Virus genome (UHGV): UHGV-1290421
Source of the DNA: a virus
Length of the DNA: 6,267 nucleotides
Reading direction: 5' to 3' (one strand)
The notes beneath the pieces were generated by a model that was given only the letters and a program-made list of their open reading frames with translations, had not been told where the DNA came from and searched no databases. The position numbers and the translations under genes are program-made. Positions 1 through 5,471 of this stretch are shown here, piece by piece. Positions within the stretch are counted from its first letter, which is position 1; every line of letters starts with the position of its first letter.

Positions 1-75
1 TGACCCAATCAGTTAATATATATGAGGTTTGATATTAGTGTAGCTTATTAATCGTAATCTGTCAAGGAGGTATTC

Positions 76-324
76 ATGTTAAAGAAAATCGTGTTATGGT
101 TCTGTTGTTCTGTAATGTTTTTTTGGGCTTTTGTTTTTGGAGTGTTTCTTTGGTTAATATTTGCCGATACTGAACGTGCCCTTGCTACTATTCCTGTAGA
201 TAATTGGCTTGGTTGGTATGGCATTGGTCTTTGTTCTGGATTCTCTTTCCTTGCAGTTTGTTATGTTTTAATGGATGTGGTTATAGATAAAGTTTTTAAT
301 AAGTGTAAAAAGACCCAAAAATAA
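76..324 (+). CDS. Small integral membrane protein (82 aa, about 2 TM helices), function unknown.
   Basis: ATG at 76 is preceded by AAGGAGG (64-70) at 5 nt spacing. The protein is strongly hydrophobic (MLKKIVLWFCCSVMFFWAFVFGVFLWLIF...). A hairpin + T-run terminator lies 110 nt downstream (434-461). Its 3' end overlaps a minus-strand small ORF, so one of the two may be spurious. Confidence 0.45.
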   Translation: MLKKIVLWFCCSVMFFWAFVFGVFLWLIFADTERALATIPVDNWLGWYGIGLCSGFSFLAVCYVLMDVVIDKVFNKCKKTQK

Positions 325-417
325 GGTTATGACAAGGATGATTCCAAAAAGGCATAGAATTATGTGTGTCATATCCTGAGTTGCAAATGTAATGAATTTT
401 GTAATTAAGCTTATCAT
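268..417 (-). CDS. Small hydrophobic peptide (49 aa, single TM) downstream of the RHH gene on the minus strand.
   Basis: Internal ATG at 417..415 of the 268..543 ORF is preceded on the minus strand by GGAAGGAGA (RBS, spacing about 6). Product: MISLITKFITFATQDMTHIILCLFGIILVITLFLGLFTLIKNFIYNHIH. The annotated TTG-start extension 418..543 runs through the RHH gene and is rejected. Confidence 0.35.
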   Translation of the reverse strand: MISLITKFITFATQDMTHIILCLFGIILVITLFLGLFTLIKNFIYNHIH

Positions 418-433
418 GGTATTCTCCTTCCAG

Positions 434-461
434 CGGAGCAGCGCGTACTGCTCCGTTTTTT
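434..461 (+). terminator. Rho-independent terminator for + strand transcription. On the minus strand it forms a hairpin between the RHH gene and the small peptide ORF.
   Basis: Perfect 8-bp stem CGGAGCAG (434-441) / CTGCTCCG (448-455) with 6-nt loop CGCGTA, followed by TTTTTT (456-461). No T-run follows it on the minus strand. Confidence 0.55.
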
Positions 462-472
462 CATGAGTTTTT

Positions 473-679
473 TTAACCAGTCTTTGAGATAGATGATTTT
501 TCCAGCTTACTCTTCTGTTCTGTCCGGTTCTGCTGGGCTTCAAAATTTTTGATATAGTTTTCGATTATTATACTTCCCATTTGGCTTATGCTTCTTTTGT
601 CTTGTTCTGCTATATCCTTTAATTTTTGATAAATGTTTTCGTCTAATATAATTTGTACTTTGGGTTTTTTTGTTGGCAT
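473..679 (-). CDS. Ribbon-helix-helix (CopG/Arc/MetJ-like) transcriptional repressor, 68 aa.
   Basis: ATG at 679..677 with GAGGAGA RBS (684-690 on +) at 4 nt spacing. N-terminal beta-strand then two helices (KPKVQIILDENIYQKLKDIAEQDKRSISQMGSIIIENYIK) is typical of RHH DNA-binding domains. It is transcribed divergently from the structural operon. Confidence 0.7.
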   Translation of the reverse strand: MPTKKPKVQIILDENIYQKLKDIAEQDKRSISQMGSIIIENYIKNFEAQQNRTEQKSKLEKSSISKTG

Positions 680-693
680 AATTTCTCCTCAAA

Positions 694-765
694 AAAGGGA
701 TTGACGGTTAATCCCCTCATGTGATATACTGAGGGTATTCCAGGGGAGTAACCTTTAATCCCCGA
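694..765. promoter_or_regulatory. Two related inverted repeats (candidate operators for the RHH repressor) overlapping the -35 and lying just downstream of the -10.
   Basis: GGGA-N11-TCCCC (697-716, includes the -35) and GGGGA-N11-TCCCC (743-763). Both carry the right half-site TTAATCCCC (708-716 and 755-763), with centres about 47 bp apart. Confidence 0.35.
701..730 (+). promoter_or_regulatory. Sigma70-type promoter with extended -10, driving the gV/gVIII operon.
   Basis: TTGACG (701-706), 18-nt spacer, TGaTATACT (722-730; TATACT is 5/6 to consensus, with a TG extension). First + gene RBS lies at 1047. Confidence 0.5.
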
Positions 766-1059
766 ATGTCAAAGTGGTTGTTGTAGGTGCATTGGTAACC
801 TTCCGAAAATCTGAGTCATTCCGAATAGGTGTAGGGGTACAACTATTTTACCATGATTTCAGATTTTTGTACATACTGGCTGAGGAAACAGCTATCCGTG
901 TAAGTCGGTATATCTGTTCGGTGTTTAAGAAGTCTCCGGCCGTGCCATATCAGCGGTAAAGTGGTATGGATGTTCTGGACACAATTCCAGAGGGGAGATA
1001 TTTTCCTGTATCTCCTGTTAGATATTTGAATACTGGTTGAATGGTTAAGGAGGTATGTT

Positions 1060-1293
1060 ATGAAAGTACAGGGTGAATTTAAGTTTTTAGGTGTTGAAAA
1101 AAGGCAGGGTTTCAAGGACCCGTCCCAGACATTTTATGTCGCTGGCTTTGCCCAGGGATTGGATTCTCTTCGCTGCTATGTGGATGCGGAGGCATATGGC
1201 AGGTATTCCGGTATTGAACCTTATTCCGATGTAATGGCGGAATTAGAATATAACCCGGTATCGGGTAAGGTTGCACTTGTGGGCATTAACTAG
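1060..1293 (+). CDS. gV-like single-stranded DNA-binding protein (77 aa).
   Basis: ATG at 1060 with AAGGAGG (1047-1053) at 6 nt spacing. Size and position match Ff gV, immediately upstream of the coat gene. Recalled Ff gV motifs RQGKPYS...QLCYVDLGNEY correspond to RQGFKDPSQ...LRCYVDAEAY here. KVQGEFKF resembles the gV N-terminal beta-strand. Confidence 0.6.
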   Translation: MKVQGEFKFLGVEKRQGFKDPSQTFYVAGFAQGLDSLRCYVDAEAYGRYSGIEPYSDVMAELEYNPVSGKVALVGIN

Positions 1294-1308
1294 AAAGGAG
1301 GATTTAAG

Positions 1309-1599
1309 GTGAAGTTGTATCAGTCTTTGAAAAAGTATGGCACTCTCCCGGTCGCTACTGGTCTTATGGCAGTTTCATCTTTTCCGGCTTTGGCATCCGA
1401 AGCTGGGGCCACTGTCACATCCACGGACTGGGCGCCTATCATTTCAGCTATGACGGGTCAGATATCCGTGTCGACGGTAGTGGGTGTGATTGCTACAGCT
1501 ATCGGTGCCGGCATCGGCCTGGTGTTCATGTGGTGGGGCGGTCGCAAGGCAGTCCGTACACTTATGTCAGCATTCCGTAAAGGTAAGGTGTCCATGTAG
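1309..1599 (+). CDS. pVIII-like major coat protein precursor (96 aa; signal peptide of about 29 aa, mature about 67 aa).
   Basis: GTG start at 1309 with AAAGGAGG (1294-1301) at 7 nt spacing. Signal peptide ends in AxA (FPALA|SE). Mature protein has an acidic/polar N-terminus, a hydrophobic core (VVGVIATAIGAGIGLVFMWW) and a basic C-tail (RKAVRTLMSAFRKGK), the classic inovirus coat architecture. A strong terminator follows immediately. Confidence 0.7.
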   Translation: MKLYQSLKKYGTLPVATGLMAVSSFPALASEAGATVTSTDWAPIISAMTGQISVSTVVGVIATAIGAGIGLVFMWWGGRKAVRTLMSAFRKGKVSM

Positions 1600-1608
1600 C
1601 TCAGGGTT

Positions 1609-1637
1609 GGGGGTGGCGGTTGCCACTCCCTTTTTTT
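1609..1637 (+). terminator. Rho-independent terminator/attenuator after the major coat gene.
   Basis: Stem GGGGGTGGC (1609-1617) / GCCACTCCC (1622-1630) is 9 bp with one G.U pair and a GGTT loop, followed by TTTTTTT (1631-1637). This matches the Ff arrangement where a terminator follows gVIII. Confidence 0.75.
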
Positions 1638-1651
1638 ATTTGGAGGTTGTC

Positions 1652-2320
1652 ATGTCTTTTAAATGGTATATGGGTTCCCTGGACATTGGGAATGTGTTTA
1701 AGGTCTGGAAGTATAACAAGGAATTCCGTAAACAGCATCCTGAGTATTTTGACCCGGATGGGATTATCGTGTTCTGTGGGATGCAGGGTGCTGGTAAGAC
1801 AATCAGTGCTGTCCAGTATGTACAGAAACTTTGTGAACTGTATCCCCAGGTAAAGGTGTGCAGCAATATGGATTTGCGTCTCCCGGATGGCATTGAAGTA
1901 TATCCCTGGGACGGTGTTCATTGCTTCACGGATATTAATAATGGCTATGCTGGTGTGATTTATCTGATTGATGAGATACATCTGGAATTCAATTCCCTGG
2001 AATCGAAAAAGATGGACAGCAATATTTTTACGGTCGTCTCCCAGCAGCGTAAACAGCGGAAACATATTGTTGGCACGTCCCAGGTATTCAGCCGAATTGC
2101 GAAACCTTTCCGGGAGCAGTTTCGCTATGCGGTCGCCTGTCGCACGGTGCTGCGGTGCATTCAAGTCAATGCGTTGATTGACGCGAAAAATGCCCGGGAG
2201 GTTGACGGCGAGGTCGTTGCCAGCAGTATCAAACGGTTTTTTTGGTTCCACTCTCCTGCGCTTTATGATAGTTATGATACATATGCGGTGATGAATCGGT
2301 ATCGCCAGGATTGGGGGTGA
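1652..2320 (+). CDS. Zot/pI-like morphogenesis P-loop ATPase, cytoplasmic N-domain only (222 aa).
   Basis: The true start is probably ATG 1652 (GGAGG at 1642-1646, 5 nt spacing), not the annotated 1490 start, which would run through the terminator. Walker A is GMQGAGKTIS. Walker B is VIYLIDEIH. A downstream RKHIVGTSQ segment resembles the Zot-family motif. No TM segment is present, unlike canonical pI. Confidence 0.8.
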   Translation: MSFKWYMGSLDIGNVFKVWKYNKEFRKQHPEYFDPDGIIVFCGMQGAGKTISAVQYVQKLCELYPQVKVCSNMDLRLPDGIEVYPWDGVHCFTDINNGYAGVIYLIDEIHLEFNSLESKKMDSNIFTVVSQQRKQRKHIVGTSQVFSRIAKPFREQFRYAVACRTVLRCIQVNALIDAKNAREVDGEVVASSIKRFFWFHSPALYDSYDTYAVMNRYRQDWG

Positions 2321-2324
2321 TTGG

Positions 2325-2456
2325 ATGCAGGTTGCAATTGGATTATTTGCGGATGTGATTCGGGAAGCAATGCCCTATGCAATTGTGTTTGCTCTTGGCC
2401 AGCGGGTTGTTACATTGTTCCTTGGGATGGCCTTTAGAGGGGATGTACGCTTATGA
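2325..2456 (+). CDS. 43-aa hydrophobic membrane peptide, not in the supplied ORF track.
   Basis: ATG at 2325 with GGGGG (2313-2317) at 7 nt spacing. Product MQVAIGLFADVIREAMPYAIVFALGQRVVTLFLGMAFRGDVRL. Its TGA (2454-2456) overlaps the ATG (2453-2455) of the next gene in an ATGA arrangement, which suggests translational coupling. Confidence 0.45.
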   Translation: MQVAIGLFADVIREAMPYAIVFALGQRVVTLFLGMAFRGDVRL

Positions 2457-3265
2457 TGTGGAGGAGGATGTATTGTGTATTACTTTGTTTGGTTCTGTGT
2501 GCTTTATACTGTTTTCGGTCTTTTGCGGATGAGTATACGCTCACTGAGGAGGATTTTATGGCTCCTGAGGGATATCCTCAGGCTGAGACGAATGATGTAA
2601 ATGGGTGGCTTTCCAGTGTTCCTGATGAGGATATGGACTTTGATCAGTACCAGCAGATAATGGAAATCTTGTATCCTGAGCTGGCGGAGGAGGATGAGGA
2701 AGATGAGGATGATATGGCTGATATTGAGGACGATGATGACATGGAAGATATTCCTGTTGCTTCTGGTTCTAATGCTCGCGTTGCTAGTGCTTCTAATGCT
2801 GGGCGCACAAAAAAGGCCCAGACGGTAGCAAATATTCTGACTGTGAATTCTCCTGTGGTCTATAGCTCGTATACGCCTTATGATTCGTCTATTTCCACCA
2901 CAGTGATAACTTATATGTCGGATGTGCTTCCGAAGCTGGGAAATGTTCATTATGTGCTGTTCCGCCACGGACAGTATGCGTACCGTTTGGTTTATGCAAA
3001 GGATATGGTTTGTAATGGTACTACGTTCACGGCGGAGGATGCGCAATATATTGCCTATGATTCCCGGTATTATACTTGGTCAGCCGGCACGGAAGGTTCT
3101 TTTCGGCTCCAGGCGAATAATTACATCGTATACAGTGACCTTGCGGAATATCCGATGCTCCAGAGTGAGGGAACATATTACTGGCTGATTATCTTCATTG
3201 CCGGGGTAGCATTCCTTTTTGTGATATACCGCTCTCTGTTCAGTCCTGGCCGTGTACGGATATGA
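2453..3265 (+). CDS. Exported, C-terminally membrane-anchored protein with a poly-acidic tract (270 aa). Candidate minor virion or assembly protein.
   Basis: N-terminal hydrophobic signal/TM (YCVLLCLVLCALYCFRSFA|DEY), Asp/Glu-rich segment (EEDEEDEDDMADIEDDDDMED), Ala/Ser linker, Tyr/Ser/Thr-rich domain, then C-terminal TM plus short basic tail (YYWLIIFIAGVAFLFVIYRSLFSPGRVRI). The start could be 2453, 2456 or 2468. Confidence 0.6.
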   Translation: MMWRRMYCVLLCLVLCALYCFRSFADEYTLTEEDFMAPEGYPQAETNDVNGWLSSVPDEDMDFDQYQQIMEILYPELAEEDEEDEDDMADIEDDDDMEDIPVASGSNARVASASNAGRTKKAQTVANILTVNSPVVYSSYTPYDSSISTTVITYMSDVLPKLGNVHYVLFRHGQYAYRLVYAKDMVCNGTTFTAEDAQYIAYDSRYYTWSAGTEGSFRLQANNYIVYSDLAEYPMLQSEGTYYWLIIFIAGVAFLFVIYRSLFSPGRVRI

Positions 3266-3444
3266 TGGGACATCTTCATTTCCTTGTCCGCTGACAGTGC
3301 CAGGGGATTTATGGGTGCGAATCGTAATCGTTTTGTATATCTTCGTTTTGGATTTATGTAACACATTTTCGCCTGCAGGTGATTCCAGGCCAGGCCGGAG
3401 CCAGCTGTGTCGTGTGTTACAGATATGGTAAAGGAGGGTGTTAT

Positions 3445-3675
3445 ATGCAGGTGGATTTTAATAAGACTGAACTGCTCTATCTGGACATATTGGCAACGGA
3501 AAAATTGGATATTATAAAACACCGTCATGAACGGGATAAAAGAATCTTTGACACTTTGGATATTGATATTCATGAGCGTATTGTTTTATATGAATCCCAG
3601 ATTAAGGCATTCACTGATATACATAACAAGATAGTTTCTGCGGTTGGTTCCTTGAGTTTGGACCCTACTGTTTAG
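3445..3675 (+). CDS. Hypothetical soluble protein (76 aa from ATG 3445; the track's GTG 3379 extension is less likely).
   Basis: AAGGAGGG (3431-3438) lies 6 nt before ATG 3445. Product is charged, helical and has no TM (MQVDFNKTELLYLDILATEKLDIIKHRHERDKRIFDTLDIDIHERIVLYESQIKAF...). I do not recognise the family. Confidence 0.5.
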   Translation: MQVDFNKTELLYLDILATEKLDIIKHRHERDKRIFDTLDIDIHERIVLYESQIKAFTDIHNKIVSAVGSLSLDPTV

Positions 3676-3722
3676 TGCTTACTGATTACTAGACTTTCGC
3701 GAATAGTTGGAGGTATTACTCT

Positions 3723-5099
3723 ATGTCTGCTATTAAGCTGCGTAAAATTCTATCATTGTGTTTTTCTTTGGTTTTTGTTATTTTTTTTGTTATTTTATTT
3801 CCTTTGACTACTTTTGCAATGGTTGCTACTCCATCGGATGCGATTAAGGTTCCTGTTGCTACGTCTAGCAATGCATTGCTGTCCCAGGATTACATGGAAA
3901 CGGACGATTTTGACACATTGGATGTTATGCCCTTGTCTGATGGTGATTTACCTTATGTATCTAATACGGTTGATGTAACCGGGTGTTATTTATCGGTCGC
4001 TTATTATGATATGTCTGGTAAGCTTAAATTTACTCCTGCTAAATATTTTAATTCGGACCATTATGCTTCTATTGGAGTTCCGTCTGATTGTGCTTCGGTT
4101 TCCCACTTTGTTTTTTCAATTGAAAAATCAGCCCTTCCTTCATCCGGTGTATATTCTCTTTCGGCTCATTTTGCATCCAATACGGGGGTTGAATATAAAT
4201 TGGTTCGGATATATTCATCAAAGAATAATTCGAATGTTTCTACTCAAGAAAGCAGTTTGGATTTATCTTTTACTCAGTCAAGTGGGGATTGGTATTGTAC
4301 AACGGTTGTTGATGTTGGCACGGTTAGTAATATTCAGCTTTGGTTGATTCCTAAATCGACCTCAACCATTAATCTCCCGTATGGTGGTTTTTTGGATATT
4401 AACTTTACTAAGACATCCGCAACTCCTAATTATACGGCTGCTGGTGGCTCTCAGACTACAGGTGATATACAGAGTAATATTGCGGATAATACGGCCCAGC
4501 AGGTTGAACAAGGAGACACAATCATTGAACTAATTAAAAATACGATTCAGACCATTTCTTTCCAACTCACATCCTTCTGGAATCAGCTTGCTGGAGAATT
4601 TACAAATCTGTATAACAAAATGAATACCCAGCATGCCGAACAATTGGAAGCTGATCGTATGAACACGGATAACATTATAGCTGCTGATGATGCCAATACT
4701 AATAAGGTCACTACTGCCATTGAGTCCCATGGAAATTTTATCATTGAGGGTTTGAAGAAACTTTTCATTCCCTCGGATGAATATTTTAAGGCTTATTTTG
4801 ATGACCTCTATAGTTGGTTCAGTGAAAGGTTTGGGTTTCTCTCCTTCCCTATTGATTTACTATTAGAGGTCATTGATATTTTTGTTAATTCATCCCAGAC
4901 AGACTGTGTGTTGGTACTCCCCTCTTTCACTATCATGGAAAATCTGCTCTGGCCTGAGATGTCCTTTAATCTAACTGAATTTTTAAATACAAATTTTTCT
5001 TTTGTCGTTGTTGCGATTAAGACTGTAACAAGTATCTATTTGGTAATGGCATTTGTGCAGTTATGTGAGGAAAAATGGAATGAGGTGATGATGAATTGA
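3723..5099 (+). CDS. pIII-like minor coat / adsorption protein candidate (458 aa).
   Basis: ATG 3723 with GGAGG (3709-3713). N-terminal signal peptide/TM (MSAIKLRKILSLCFSLVFVIFFVILFPLTTFAMVA), Ser/Thr/Asn-rich exposed domains and a central predicted helical region. C-terminal TM anchor plus short tail (FSFVVVAIKTVTSIYLVMAFVQLCEEKWNEVMMN) matches the pIII topology. It is the largest ORF in the structural module. Confidence 0.6.
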   Translation: MSAIKLRKILSLCFSLVFVIFFVILFPLTTFAMVATPSDAIKVPVATSSNALLSQDYMETDDFDTLDVMPLSDGDLPYVSNTVDVTGCYLSVAYYDMSGKLKFTPAKYFNSDHYASIGVPSDCASVSHFVFSIEKSALPSSGVYSLSAHFASNTGVEYKLVRIYSSKNNSNVSTQESSLDLSFTQSSGDWYCTTVVDVGTVSNIQLWLIPKSTSTINLPYGGFLDINFTKTSATPNYTAAGGSQTTGDIQSNIADNTAQQVEQGDTIIELIKNTIQTISFQLTSFWNQLAGEFTNLYNKMNTQHAEQLEADRMNTDNIIAADDANTNKVTTAIESHGNFIIEGLKKLFIPSDEYFKAYFDDLYSWFSERFGFLSFPIDLLLEVIDIFVNSSQTDCVLVLPSFTIMENLLWPEMSFNLTEFLNTNFSFVVVAIKTVTSIYLVMAFVQLCEEKWNEVMMN

Positions 5100-5368
5100 T
5101 TTTGGAAAGTGTGTTTAACCTCTTTTCTTCTGCCTTGAAACTGATATTTGGATGGATTAATCTTCCAGAGTTGCCGGCAGAGATCCAAACGGTAGTGGAT
5201 TCACTCTTTCAATACATGCGTGCTGGTCTTGGATTTGTATTCCTGTTTTTTAACATGGACCTGGTTAAAATTATGTTGCCGTTCGTGATTGTGGTGGCGA
5301 ATTTTGAGAAGGTTTATAAGATTGTTATGTATGTGTTGCGGAAGATTCCTTTCCTGGGTATTGAGTGA
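5096..5368 (+). CDS. pVI-like small hydrophobic virion/membrane protein candidate (90 aa).
   Basis: TTG start at 5096 overlaps the TGA (5097-5099) of the upstream gene, which suggests coupling. GAGGTGA lies 7 nt upstream. The product has 2-3 predicted TM segments (GLGFVFLFFNMDLVKIMLPFVIVVANF). It sits where pVI sits in Ff, next to pIII. Confidence 0.5.
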   Translation: MILESVFNLFSSALKLIFGWINLPELPAEIQTVVDSLFQYMRAGLGFVFLFFNMDLVKIMLPFVIVVANFEKVYKIVMYVLRKIPFLGIE

Positions 5369-5377
5369 ATGGTTGGC

Positions 5378-5419
5378 ATGGCTGCCGGAACCGCACCAGC
5401 GGTGCGGTCCGGTAGCCAT
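5378..5419 (+). other. GC-rich imperfect hairpin in the rep-proximal intergenic region. Candidate replication origin or packaging-signal element.
   Basis: Left arm ATGGCTGCCGGAACCGCACC (5378-5397), loop AGC, right arm GGTGCGGTCCGGTAGCCAT (5401-5419). That gives about 19 bp with one wobble and one bulged A. No T-run follows, so it is not a canonical terminator. It lies 50 nt upstream of the Rep RBS in an otherwise AT-rich spacer. Confidence 0.4.
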
Positions 5420-5471
5420 TACTTGACAGTATAAACACTTAACACTCATTTTTATAAAAACAGGGGGAAAT

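Noticed and set aside
418-543. TTG-start N-terminal extension of the 91-aa minus-strand ORF 268..543
   Set aside because: It lies entirely inside the well-supported RHH gene (473-679) in another frame and runs through the 434-455 hairpin. Only the distal 49 codons from ATG 417, which have a good RBS, are plausible.
774-1115. ORFs 774..959 (+) and 843..1115 (-) in the region between the RHH gene and the gV-like gene
   Set aside because: No RBS. The region holds the promoter, operators and leader. The minus ORF runs across the gV-like start and RBS. The peptides are low-complexity with no membrane or fold signature.
1490-1651. Annotated upstream start (1490) of the 276-aa version of the Zot-like ORF
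   Set aside because: The extension overlaps the 3' end of the coat gene in another frame and reads through the terminator hairpin and T-run. ATG 1652 has a GGAGG RBS at ideal spacing and begins the conserved ATPase domain.
1601-2251. Minus-strand 216-aa ORF and small ORFs 1620..1853 (+), 1636..1893 (-), 1968..2177 (+) inside the Zot-like gene
   Set aside because: Shadow frames of a gene with clear Walker A/B motifs. No RBS. Arg/Pro/Gln-rich compositions are typical of antisense or off-frame translation.
2318-2456. Programmed ribosomal frameshift joining the Zot-like ORF to the downstream ORFs
   Set aside because: No slippery heptamer is evident near 2310-2325 and each downstream ORF has its own start with a plausible RBS or coupling. 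This is kept only as an alternative in the split-pI finding.
2504-3573. ORFs 2504..3046 (-), 2922..3188 (+), 3080..3364 (-), 3178..3573 (-)
   Set aside because: They overlap the 270-aa coupled gene or the downstream 76-aa gene. Products are Ile/Arg-rich, as expected from reverse translation of an acidic-protein gene. No SD sequences.
4006-4768. ORFs 4006..4347 (+), 4530..4730 (-), 4583..4768 (-) inside the 458-aa gene
   Set aside because: Alternate or antisense frames of a long SD-led ORF with coherent signal-peptide and C-terminal anchor architecture. No independent start signals.
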